A stretch of 63,693 nucleotides of DNA, counting the filler, from an uncultured Gemmatimonadota bacterium (GTDB lineage: Bacteria; Blakebacterota; Blakebacteria; Blakebacterales; Blakebacteraceae): assembly GCA_964576115.1 (NCBI GenBank). It is 4 parts of 4 records of this genome, joined end to end, with 100 filler letters (N's around TTAATTAATTAA, not from the genome) between each part and the next. Parts side by side here need not be neighbours in the genome. Positions count along the whole stretch, not along the records: positions 1 to 17,113 come from CAZNUA010000062.1; 3 more parts are not named here. The stretch is one strand, 5' to 3'. The position numbers and the translations under genes were made by a program. The notes below the pieces were generated by a model that saw nothing but the letters and a program-made list of their open reading frames with translations, was not told the origin of the DNA and ran no database searches. Below, one piece after another: positions 1 to 8,943 of the stretch; the first letter of the stretch is position 1, and every line of letters starts with the position of its first letter.

Positions 1-40
1 CCGGCTCTGCCGACGCTTCAGTCGTGCTGCCAGGTACCTG

Positions 41-1879
41 TCACCTCTCTCTGACAGCCCCGGTGAAGGCTTCAACGCCACCAACAACAGGCAACGTGAT
101 AGAGGTGGCATCCAGATCGATCGTCAATTCGGTGCCCGGATCGGGCCAGAGGGTGAATTCGCGGTCGCTTGAGAAGATCATCAGGCCGATCTGCTGTCCT
201 TCGGGAATGATCTGATCATCAGGCTGCAGGTCGAAGGTCAGGGTATAGAACCGGCCGGGCATGAGGGGTTCGCTCTCGGTGAGGGAACGATAGTTCTGCG
301 GATCGGCCCACCCGCGGGTGATGAGATTGTCGGTGATCCTCGCGTCTCTTCGTTCGGTCCATGGCAGAGATACCAGCCAGACCGACAGATTGGCGGCCGG
401 TTTGCTGCTGGACAGCCTGATCGTGATGCTGGGAACTCCGGAGAGATGCACGGCTTCTGTCAATTCAGGGGTGACATAGAGCAGCCGGTGCTCGGTCCAT
501 TCCGCCTGGGCCAGCGTACCGCCTGAGAACGAGAAGTTGTCGATCAGTGTTTCTCTTCCCTGTCCGGACACCTGTTCCGTCACCAACCCTCCCCGTTCCG
601 GGGCCCCGGCGGTGAGATACAGGGTGACAGGAGATGCCGCGGGATTCGGATAATCCTCATACGGCGTCGGGTCGGAGCGTTCGGCATCCTCGCGGACGAT
701 CCACGCCCGGGGACCGTTTTCCACGCCGTTCTCGACCCCGAAGAGATAGCGGGTGAACCACCTGTTCATCATGCTCCGCGGTGGCCCCCCCCCATGCCCC
801 CCCTGGTGGTAGAAAATCTGAGCGGGAACGCCCTTTTCCTTCAGGGCCCGGTAAATGCGGTAGCTGTGTTCCGGGACGACATTCCAGTCATTGAAGCCAT
901 GACACATCAAAACGGCCGCTTTGAGCGGGGCCAGATCGTTCAGATAATCCCGGCCGGCCCAGAAGTCATTGTAGTCGCCCGTGATACGGTCCTGGCCCTG
1001 GGCCATCTCCGTATCCCGGATGAGGGAGTCGCTCCAGGCCCGTCGGGCTTCATCGCCGCTGTGGATGAAGTCATACAGAAAATCGATGTCCTCGCCCAAC
1101 CAGCCGCCCGGATGCCGGACCAGTCCATTCGAGCGGTAATAGTGCCAATAGGATGTATTCGGGGCGATGGGGATGATCACCTCCAGACCGTCGACACCGG
1201 TCGTGGCCGCGGCCAGCGGCAGGGTTCCGTTGTACGACGTTCCGGTCATGCCGACTTTGCCCGTCGTCCAGTAGGCTTCCACTTTCTCGTCCCCATCCGG
1301 GGTTGTGAAGCCGTCCGCGCGGCCGTTCAGCCAGTCGATGACCGCTTTGGGCGCCAGCGACTCGTTATCACCACCGACTGTCGGCGAACCCTGCGAAAGT
1401 CCCGTGCCGGGAGAGGATGAATGGACGACGATGAAGCCGCGGGGCACCCAGGTATTGACCTGTGCATTGGAGATGACCGGTCGTCTCCCCCGGCGTCGTA
1501 TCGCGGGCGGATGAATCCGCTCGGGAGGAAACGCCCCGACTTCATGCCGCACGTTCCAGAAGTATTGCCGTGCCGTTGAGGACGTCCCCGCGAAATAGGG
1601 ACTCGTTTCGTAGATGACAGGAAGTCTGAGCCCTTCGGTGTCGGTCTGCCGGGGCCGGATGACATCCACATGCATGCGGTCGAGTCTGCCATCGCCGTCG
1701 GTGTCGAATTCCGTCTCGACCCAGAGATCATGCCGGATCCATTGTTCAGGATCTTCGAGTTCCGGAATGACCTGGGTTTCACCATTGACGATGACCGGGA
1801 CCTGAATCCCCTGGGCCAGTGCCGGCTGGGCCGGTGCGAGGAAAAGGACCAGTACGGCTGAAAATCTGAATGACTTCAT
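41..1879 (-). CDS. Secreted Xaa-Pro dipeptidyl-peptidase (peptidase S15 / PepX-CocE family)
   Basis: Signal peptide MKSFRFSAVLVLFLAPAQPALA; nucleophile motif GTSYNG; HGFNDWNV; QGGHG; PepX_C-like C-terminus. ATG at 1879 chosen over the upstream ORF start. Confidence 0.9.
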   Translation of the reverse strand: MKSFRFSAVLVLFLAPAQPALAQGIQVPVIVNGETQVIPELEDPEQWIRHDLWVETEFDTDGDGRLDRMHVDVIRPRQTDTEGLRLPVIYETSPYFAGTSSTARQYFWNVRHEVGAFPPERIHPPAIRRRGRRPVISNAQVNTWVPRGFIVVHSSSPGTGLSQGSPTVGGDNESLAPKAVIDWLNGRADGFTTPDGDEKVEAYWTTGKVGMTGTSYNGTLPLAAATTGVDGLEVIIPIAPNTSYWHYYRSNGLVRHPGGWLGEDIDFLYDFIHSGDEARRAWSDSLIRDTEMAQGQDRITGDYNDFWAGRDYLNDLAPLKAAVLMCHGFNDWNVVPEHSYRIYRALKEKGVPAQIFYHQGGHGGGPPRSMMNRWFTRYLFGVENGVENGPRAWIVREDAERSDPTPYEDYPNPAASPVTLYLTAGAPERGGLVTEQVSGQGRETLIDNFSFSGGTLAQAEWTEHRLLYVTPELTEAVHLSGVPSITIRLSSSKPAANLSVWLVSLPWTERRDARITDNLITRGWADPQNYRSLTESEPLMPGRFYTLTFDLQPDDQIIPEGQQIGLMIFSSDREFTLWPDPGTELTIDLDATSITLPVVGGVEAFTGAVRER

Positions 1880-1966
1880 CGGCTCTGCTCCATCGGTTCT
1901 GCTCCCGCGCTGTCTTTCCCGGACGCCATGTGCAGCTGATTCTCGCATCACTGGCACATAGCTGCA

Positions 1967-2008
1967 ACCCTGAGCGGTGTGCGGGTTCGACTCCCGCCCC
2001 CGGCAGCA
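1967..2008 (+). other. tRNA 3'-half remnant (Leu-like T-arm plus acceptor 3' strand); possible att scar
   Basis: GTGCGGGTTCGACTCCCGCCCCCGGCA at 1979-2005 forms a canonical T-arm (GCGGG-TTCGACT-CCCGC) followed by CCCCGGCA. No matching 5' GCCGGGG or D-arm upstream; ends GCA, not CCA. Confidence 0.65.
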
Positions 2009-2071
2009 ACTGGCCTGATTCCCCCGAATCGGGGCAGACCGTGTGTCAGTCAGCTGGTTTCTGATGGAGTG

Positions 2072-4366
2072 CTACATAGTCAGAGCATACCCGATTTTCA
2101 TGAAGAACGTCCGGGCGGTCCGGGTGAGAGACAGGCGACCGATCCCGGCGGCGAAATCTCCCCCGAGACAGGTATCCGAATACCCCAGGAAAAACACCGT
2201 CCGGGGATTGAGCTTGTAGGAATAGAGGAATTGGGTGAAGAGGTTGTTGTTTCGGGGATTCACGGGAATCGAATACATGCCCGGATTGCTCTCGATTGAC
2301 TGATACTGAATGATCGCCCGGGCGAACATCCGGACGCTCAGATGGTAGAGCAGGCGCAGCTCCGAAAGACCGACCGTGAAGATCTCCTGGCTGCCGTTCG
2401 ACAGTCGTTGATAGGAGTGCCGGACAGTTGCCGCGAACCTCCGGCCCAGTCGTATTTCAACCTCGGGCGTGAGCAGCAGCTGGTCGGCCTCCCGGACGTT
2501 GGTGTAATCGATTGCACCTCCGGCCTGAGCATTCAATGCCAGGGTCAGATGTCCCGAGGGTTGCATCGATCCCTGCAACTGTACCCCGGGAACGGTGAAC
2601 TCACGGCCGGCATACGCCTCGCTCTGTGATGACACCTGAACATTCAGCGACGACTGCAGCGGACCGTAATACCAGACACCGTACGAGATATTGAAGCTCA
2701 GGAGATTACCGGAGAAATCTGCGGCGTATACGATGCCCGGGCCGGTTTCGAGACGGGTGAACCAGGTTCCCGCCTCGCCCCAGAAACGACGCCGGATATG
2801 TGCAAAGTAGTCCTGCTGGTTGCAGAAGGGAGCAAACCCGGTATCGAGGCGAAATCCGTCACTGAGTCCGCGAGCGGCGAGAGAATACATCCATTCCCTG
2901 CTGTTATGCATGAGCATGCCGTACCAGAGGTTTCCCGAGAAAGGGCCGGAAGGTTGCGCGAAACGTGCGCTCAGGCTGTCGGGGTAGGCGGTCCGGGTGC
3001 CCCCCAGCAGGAACACCAGTGAGGTGGAACGATTCAGCCGCAGGTTGCCGTCCACGACGGCCATGCGGTTGACATATTCCCCCCCCTCCCGGTCGGTCAG
3101 GAACAGGCCCAGCGTTGAATTGTGTCCCAGGTCGTAGCGATGGCGGAAAACAGCGGTCGTCAGCGGAGTTTCGATCAGGGTGCTGCGGCTGCGCTGATTG
3201 GAGGGAAAGAGCAGGCTGGTGACCCGGTCGCGGGTGACGAAGGCGCCGAGCCCGTGGCGTCCTTCCTTGCCGGTGAGTTTGAGGCCGAACGAAGGATCCA
3301 CGACCGTCCGCGTGACGACCAGGGGAGCGTAACTGGTGAAGTAATCCGCCCCTTCCAGAAAGAACGGGCGTCGTTCCGGGTAGGAGATGGCGAAACGCCG
3401 GTTCACCTCCAACTGGGCGACATCAGCTTCGACCTGTGAGAAGTCGGGATTGACGGCGCCGTTCAGGGTCAGGTTCGAGGTGATCCCCCAGGTCACCGAC
3501 AAACCCGGTTCCGATTCGGTTCCGCCTTTGATCAGATCGGTCCGCCGGGGATCGGAAAAGAGTCCCCCCTCCGGGATCTGGTCGCTGCGAATGGTCGTGA
3601 ACGTGGGATCGAGTTCGATACTCCGTCCGGGACGGATATCGATGAGTCCCGTCAGGAGATCCACCTGGTTGAGAAGAGTGGCATTACTGCGGTCGGTCCG
3701 GCACGACCGCAGGCGGTGCCGTACCTCCCGAGGCCAGTCCCGGAAAACCAGAATGCCCCAGGTCTGGACGTCACCTGTGTCGGGGAAACGTAAGGCATCG
3801 AAGGGAATGCCTACCTCGACAGTGTATCCCTCCGACGTGATCCGGGCGGCCGATTCCCAGATGGCGTCCCACGACCAATCCTCGAAGCCATAAAGATCGC
3901 TGAAGACGGCATCCATCTGAACGCCCGCCGCATTGACCCGGAACTGGAACGCCTGACGGGTATTGTTGAAAGTGTCGATCATCAAACCGACCTGGTCGTC
4001 TTCGGTTCCCTGATCGCGATCGCGGAGAAAAGCACGGATCTTCGCAGGATCGGGATCGCCGGCCTGAAAGAGAGCGTAGAGACAGTCATCGCTGTACACG
4101 AGGCGCACCGAGGTCTGCACCGGAGCCGGAGTATTATCCCCCGGCTGCCACTCGAAAGAGATCTCGATCGGCACCGCTTCCAGCCAGATGGGTTCGTCGG
4201 CGATCGCATCCACCCTGATAGGATCGTCGGTATGGATGATGGTGTGCGTTCTTCGAACCGGAGCCCCTTCTCTCTCGCCGGGACCTGATTGTGCGAGCAC
4301 CGGCCTCACGATCGATGCCATGATCACCACGGGAAGGATCAGCCGGATCGTCGGTCTCGAGAACAT
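2072..4366 (-). CDS. Secreted/outer-membrane CBM9-like + DUF5916 protein
   Basis: Signal peptide; CBM9-like segment (DDQVGLMIDTFN...FQFRVN...WDAIWESAA...VEVGIPF); DUF5916-typical NPDFSQVEAD and PERRPFFLEG; beta-barrel-like end FFMKIGY. Confidence 0.8.
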   Translation of the reverse strand: MFSRPTIRLILPVVIMASIVRPVLAQSGPGEREGAPVRRTHTIIHTDDPIRVDAIADEPIWLEAVPIEISFEWQPGDNTPAPVQTSVRLVYSDDCLYALFQAGDPDPAKIRAFLRDRDQGTEDDQVGLMIDTFNNTRQAFQFRVNAAGVQMDAVFSDLYGFEDWSWDAIWESAARITSEGYTVEVGIPFDALRFPDTGDVQTWGILVFRDWPREVRHRLRSCRTDRSNATLLNQVDLLTGLIDIRPGRSIELDPTFTTIRSDQIPEGGLFSDPRRTDLIKGGTESEPGLSVTWGITSNLTLNGAVNPDFSQVEADVAQLEVNRRFAISYPERRPFFLEGADYFTSYAPLVVTRTVVDPSFGLKLTGKEGRHGLGAFVTRDRVTSLLFPSNQRSRSTLIETPLTTAVFRHRYDLGHNSTLGLFLTDREGGEYVNRMAVVDGNLRLNRSTSLVFLLGGTRTAYPDSLSARFAQPSGPFSGNLWYGMLMHNSREWMYSLAARGLSDGFRLDTGFAPFCNQQDYFAHIRRRFWGEAGTWFTRLETGPGIVYAADFSGNLLSFNISYGVWYYGPLQSSLNVQVSSQSEAYAGREFTVPGVQLQGSMQPSGHLTLALNAQAGGAIDYTNVREADQLLLTPEVEIRLGRRFAATVRHSYQRLSNGSQEIFTVGLSELRLLYHLSVRMFARAIIQYQSIESNPGMYSIPVNPRNNNLFTQFLYSYKLNPRTVFFLGYSDTCLGGDFAAGIGRLSLTRTARTFFMKIGYALTM

Positions 4367-4426
4367 ACCATCACCTCCTGACTATCTGGGCAGAGCAGGC
4401 TACAACAGGGCTTTCACACCGATTAA

Positions 4427-4463
4427 CGGATAATATTTATTGATAATCAATAATTATTATCCG
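4427..4463. promoter_or_regulatory. 37-bp near-perfect AT-rich palindrome (putative operator) in a divergent promoter region
   Basis: CGGATAATATTTATTGAT-A-ATCAATAATTATTATCCG; 17 of 18 arm positions are complementary. Confidence 0.7.
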
Positions 4464-4538
4464 AAATTCATATACGATGCCAATGGAAGTATGGTTTCAT
4501 AATTGAACGAAGAAAACCAACCTCAGGTGGAGGCAGTC

Positions 4539-5168
4539 ATGCAACTGACCGGTCGCTTTTCACTTTCTGTTATACTGAAAACGATTCTCGGAGTCGCCTG
4601 GTACCTGGCCTTGATCGCTATGGTTGTCAGCCTGGTCGGTGCCGGCTATCTCCTCTTTTCGGGGAATTTAACCGAGGAGGGGGTCAAAGTCGGAGTGCCC
4701 ATCGAGATGATTGATGGTGCCAGGAGAAGCATCCCGCTCGAGAACTCGGACACGATGGTCCACATCTCGAAACTCAATGGCTATCTCCAGGTTCCCTCGC
4801 CCGGGTTTCTTCTGAGCGCGGCTTTCATCCTCCGCAAACTCGGCTCTATCGCCGTCTTCCTCGTGGTCGTTTTCCTTCTGCGCTCGGTGTTCCGGACAGT
4901 GTCCGCCGGCGAGCCCTTCACACCACCGAACGCCGGGCGCATCAGAATGATCGGCCTGGTACTCCTGGCGACCTACATCATCGATCCCTGTATTCAGTTC
5001 GGCGTCTCGAGTCACGTGGTCCGTACATATGCTGTCACCGGTCTGGCCTTCCGAACCGAGTTCCCCCTCAATGTTTCTCTCATATTCATCGGCCTGGCGG
5101 TGATCGTACTGGGAGAGATATTCCGGATGGGAGCGGAGCTGCGTGAAGACCAGGCCCTGACGATTTAG
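4539..5168 (+). CDS. DUF2975 family membrane protein
   Basis: About 4 TM helices; GEPFTPPNAGRIRMIG; C-terminal IFRMGAELREDQALTI signature; GGAGG SD before ATG 4539; precedes an XRE gene. Confidence 0.85.
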   Translation: MQLTGRFSLSVILKTILGVAWYLALIAMVVSLVGAGYLLFSGNLTEEGVKVGVPIEMIDGARRSIPLENSDTMVHISKLNGYLQVPSPGFLLSAAFILRKLGSIAVFLVVVFLLRSVFRTVSAGEPFTPPNAGRIRMIGLVLLATYIIDPCIQFGVSSHVVRTYAVTGLAFRTEFPLNVSLIFIGLAVIVLGEIFRMGAELREDQALTI

Positions 5169-5177
5169 GAGGATCCG

Positions 5178-5426
5178 ATGTCGATCAATGTCCATCTCGA
5201 TCGGGTCCTGGTAGAGCGGAAGATGTCACTGACCGAACTGTCCGAACGGGTCGGGATCACCATCGCCAATCTCTCGATCCTCAAAACGAACAAGGCCCGG
5301 GCGATCCGCTTTACAACCCTCGATGCTCTCTGCCGGGAACTGCGCTGCCAGCCGGGCGACCTGATCTCATACGAGGGTGAGGAGGGCACCGATCATCAAG
5401 CCACTCCCGATCGTTTCACGCTGTAG
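5178..5426 (+). CDS. XRE/Cro-family HTH transcriptional regulator (YozG-like)
   Basis: MSLTELSERVGITIANLSILKTNKARAIRFTTLDALCRELRCQPGDLI; AGGAGG SD. Confidence 0.92.
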   Translation: MSINVHLDRVLVERKMSLTELSERVGITIANLSILKTNKARAIRFTTLDALCRELRCQPGDLISYEGEEGTDHQATPDRFTL

Positions 5427-5506
5427 ATATCCAAGCAGGCGGGAGCCGAATATATGGATTCTACTTACCTCAACCCAATGACTGACCTGCCCGCAAGGAG
5501 TGTGCC

Positions 5507-5782
5507 ATGAGGTCTACTGTCGCCCTGTTCGATCTGCTGGCGACCGCGTCTCTGTCGGCCTGCGGGAGGGTGGTCACGCGGCAGCAGAATGCCGGCTGGA
5601 CCGAACAGGGAGTCATCGGTACCAGGCTTTGGACACGACTGTATCCTGCTCCCGGAGGCAGGGTATGCCTGTTTTCCGATTCTGCCTCCCGTGCTACACT
5701 CCGGTGTACCTGGGGCCAGCAGAACACGGCGTCTCCCAAGACAAAATCTCGGAATGATCCAGGGCACAGTTGCCGATGGTAG
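5507..5782 (+). pseudogene. Possible decayed lipoprotein gene / small ORF
   Basis: AAGGAG SD, then a lipobox-like N-terminus (MRSTVALFDLLATASLSAC) interrupted by Asp; the rest is unrecognisable. Confidence 0.25.
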
Positions 5783-8436
5783 GATCGACTCTCCTGCAGT
5801 ATGAGATAAAGGAAATGCTCGGCAGCGGTGCCATGGGTACTGTCTACCGGGCTTTCGATACCCGGCTCGAAGTGTACCGGGCTCTCAAGTTCCTGCAGTA
5901 CGATCTCACCGATCGTTCAAACGCCATGGCGCAGCTTCTGCGCGAGGCCCGCACCCAGGCGAAACTGAACCATCCCAACATCGCCACCCTTCACGATCTG
6001 GGTGAAACCGATCAGTATTCCTTCCTGGTCATGGAATACGTGGACGGGCCACCCCTCGATACATTCCTGGAAGAGCGGAAGCCCTCTCGGGACGAGCGTT
6101 TCCTGATACTCCTTCAGATCGCCGCCGCTCTCGAGGCGGCCCATGCCCAGGGCATCCTACACCGGGACATCAAACCCCAGAATATTCTGGTAGCAAGTGA
6201 CGGAACCGTGAAAGTCACCGACTTCGGCCTGGCCAAAGCGCTCGGTCAGACGACCCTCTCACTGTCCGGAGAAACTAAAGGTACCGCGCCCTACATGGCG
6301 CCCGAGATCTATCGGGGGGAAAACGCCACCGAAGCAGCCGATGTCTGGTCTTTCGGCATTCTCGCCTTCCAGGTTCTGACAGGCCGTCTTCCCTTTCAGG
6401 GCCAGTCGTTCGAAGAGATTGCTCTCAGCATCCTAAACGAAGACGCACCGCCCCTTCCTGAAGAGGTGGAATCATCGCTGCCGGGAATCTCGGCTTTTCT
6501 GGATTATTGTCTGCAGAAGGACAGTTATAAACGAATCGGCGACGGCGGTCAGCTCCTCGAATCCCTGCTCGAAGTGGCTGAGAACGCGCAAATACAGACT
6601 TCGACCTCGATCCCCCGGACGATTCCCCGAAGCACCGCGGTCCGTCGCGGATACAGAGGCCTGCCCGTGGTGGCAGGACTGATACTGGCGATCGCAGCCG
6701 CAACCATCCTGGCGACCGGATCGCCTTCGATACGGACCGAACTGATCGACTCCAGCGATCTTGCCTCCGGCCAGTTCTCTCCGACTTGGGTCGAGGAGGG
6801 CCAGAGTCTCGCCCTGCTTGGCGCTCTTGGTGAAGCTGTTATCGAATACCGCAGGATCCCTCTCGGGGATGAAGGCATCCGGAAGGTCCCCCTGCCGGCG
6901 GGATATGAGTGGAGCGAGCTGCGGGCATCTCCTTCAGGGTCGCTCTTCGCCTTGACGGGTACGTACATGAATCCCGGCCTCTATCTCTACCCGACGTCGG
7001 GGGATACTCTTCTTCAGGTTTGTGATCATTCTGCGTTTTCGCCGGCCTGGTCATCAGATGGCAGAATGCTCCTCTATACATATTTGGTCGAAGAACCCGG
7101 TCTAGCCGTCAGCCGGCTCACAGGGTGCCGTCTGGCGGTGCCACCGGATGGCGGGATACCCGAACGGTATGAATGCAGAACAATCGAATGCTCGGGGCTT
7201 CCGCCGCCCGAATCTGAACTGTCTCTGTACAACCCGGTTTTCATCATGGGTGACTCGAAAATCGCCTTTGTGGTCTCCCGCGGCGCCAGAATCCTCGGTA
7301 TCTGGATGGTTCCTGCAGAGGGAGGGGAAAGCACTCAGATCGGAATTGGAGGGTTGGTACCGTGGATGCTCCAGTGGGATGAATTCAGGAGAACCCTGTA
7401 CTTCAATACGTATGACAATCAGGACATCTACGCCATCCGCTTCAACAGACAGGGGGAGATCCGAGCCCCTCCCCGTCGCCTTCAGATCGATTCACTTTTC
7501 AATGACTTCACATTCAGCTCCCAAACAGGGCGTCTGGCACTCATGACCGCTGTCACCGAGCAGCCGATTTTCCGGATTCCATTCCCTGATTCGGATGTCG
7601 AGGCAGGAGTTGTTGCCGAAGGAATGCTGTACTCTCCGGCCGTTTCCGAGGATGGCCGGATACTTTACTATTCGGAGGTCGTACCACTAAAAGGGCTGCA
7701 GCTGCGTCAGCAGGATCTCACCACCGGTGAAGTGACCCGCTGTCTGGCTGATGATCCGACCTATACGAATGAACACGCTCCTGCGCCCGAACCGGGTGGC
7801 GGTGGAATTCTCGCTATCCTGGTCTCCTCCATGGGCCAGACCGATCTTTTCCTGTATGACCTGCAGAATCATAGATATGCCCTGCGGGTCACGAATGACG
7901 AAGCCGTCGAAAGCGAACCCGCCTGGGCACCGGACGGTACATCCATCTTCTATGCCAGTCGCATCCGGCCCCGGATAGCCGGCCGATCCGATCAGATCAT
8001 CCGGTGCCGTCTTGATCGAACCGGTAACACCATCAGTGAAGTGAAAAAGGACACCCTTCTCGAGCATACGACTCTCGGCTACCCCCGAATCAGCGCCGAT
8101 GGAGGATACCTCCTCTTTCAGACAGGAGGGGATACCCTCGGCATTCTCGATCTTAACATGGGTACTGCATCGTATTCCCCGTTGGGCCGATACCCCGTCC
8201 TGACTCAATCACGTCAGGATGCTCTGTTCCTCGATGGATTCGTGATCAAGCTCTGGTCGGGCTGGGCCGAAACCGGATTCCGGGATCCAGCGATCACACC
8301 AATCGCTCACCTTCCCGAGCAGATCTCCCGCCTCGGTTCATCGAATCCGAAAATGACGGCTGGTCCTGATGCCGTCTATATCCCGGGAATTGTACAGTCC
8401 GTACCCGAATTGAAGATCTACCTGATCAGGCGCTGA
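5776..8436 (+). CDS. Hanks-type Ser/Thr protein kinase with TM helix and extracytoplasmic TolB/PD40 beta-propeller
   Basis: LGSGAMGTVY, ALKFL, HRDIKPQN, DFGLAK, YMAPE, DVWSFG; TM GLPVVAGLILAIAAATILA; SPAWSSDG and EPAWAPDG repeats. Confidence 0.93.
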   Translation: MVGSTLLQYEIKEMLGSGAMGTVYRAFDTRLEVYRALKFLQYDLTDRSNAMAQLLREARTQAKLNHPNIATLHDLGETDQYSFLVMEYVDGPPLDTFLEERKPSRDERFLILLQIAAALEAAHAQGILHRDIKPQNILVASDGTVKVTDFGLAKALGQTTLSLSGETKGTAPYMAPEIYRGENATEAADVWSFGILAFQVLTGRLPFQGQSFEEIALSILNEDAPPLPEEVESSLPGISAFLDYCLQKDSYKRIGDGGQLLESLLEVAENAQIQTSTSIPRTIPRSTAVRRGYRGLPVVAGLILAIAAATILATGSPSIRTELIDSSDLASGQFSPTWVEEGQSLALLGALGEAVIEYRRIPLGDEGIRKVPLPAGYEWSELRASPSGSLFALTGTYMNPGLYLYPTSGDTLLQVCDHSAFSPAWSSDGRMLLYTYLVEEPGLAVSRLTGCRLAVPPDGGIPERYECRTIECSGLPPPESELSLYNPVFIMGDSKIAFVVSRGARILGIWMVPAEGGESTQIGIGGLVPWMLQWDEFRRTLYFNTYDNQDIYAIRFNRQGEIRAPPRRLQIDSLFNDFTFSSQTGRLALMTAVTEQPIFRIPFPDSDVEAGVVAEGMLYSPAVSEDGRILYYSEVVPLKGLQLRQQDLTTGEVTRCLADDPTYTNEHAPAPEPGGGGILAILVSSMGQTDLFLYDLQNHRYALRVTNDEAVESEPAWAPDGTSIFYASRIRPRIAGRSDQIIRCRLDRTGNTISEVKKDTLLEHTTLGYPRISADGGYLLFQTGGDTLGILDLNMGTASYSPLGRYPVLTQSRQDALFLDGFVIKLWSGWAETGFRDPAITPIAHLPEQISRLGSSNPKMTAGPDAVYIPGIVQSVPELKIYLIRR

Positions 8437-8441
8437 TCGTC

Positions 8442-8819
8442 CTATTCAAAGCCATCGCAATCGGCAGGAGTCTTCACCCACATCTTCAACCACGGGCAAT
8501 AGTAGGGATCAGGATCGTTGAGATCGAGATCCGAATCGTCAGCCGGATCGAAACTAGAATCATTCATGGCCTTATCGACACGCACCGTTTCGTAGAATTC
8601 CTTTCTCTTCTTGGAATCGGTTTCGTCCTGGGTGAAATAGATAGCATAAGGAGCCAGTTGGCTCGTGAGATCATCCAGAAACTGGGAGGTTTTCTTAATG
8701 AATGTCTTGTGTTTGGTACATTTTCTGGCTCGTCTGCGATAGTCTTCGAAAACATCCTCAACGAATGTAAAAAGCATGGCTTTCTGCCCCGGATCGAGGG
8801 GGTCGTTTGCTTTCGGCAT
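8442..8819 (-). CDS. Hypothetical small protein (125 aa) with acidic tract and Cys/aromatic C-terminus
   Basis: GGAGG SD before ATG 8819; protein-like composition; fills the gap between the kinase and kup; no recognisable family. Confidence 0.65.
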   Translation of the reverse strand: MPKANDPLDPGQKAMLFTFVEDVFEDYRRRARKCTKHKTFIKKTSQFLDDLTSQLAPYAIYFTQDETDSKKRKEFYETVRVDKAMNDSSFDPADDSDLDLNDPDPYYCPWLKMWVKTPADCDGFE

Positions 8820-8943
8820 GTTCGTCCTCCGCATGTCACGAATGAACAGGTGGAATTACTGTCCTGCATGTGCGAGGAGTCGTCGATATCCAGGCAGGCA
8901 CTCTCGACGTCAGGGTATCATACCCGTCCTGTATCAGGCACCT

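Noticed and set aside
1921-2010. Complete tRNA gene
   Set aside because: No 5' acceptor strand, D-arm or anticodon arm can be built; only the 3' part is present
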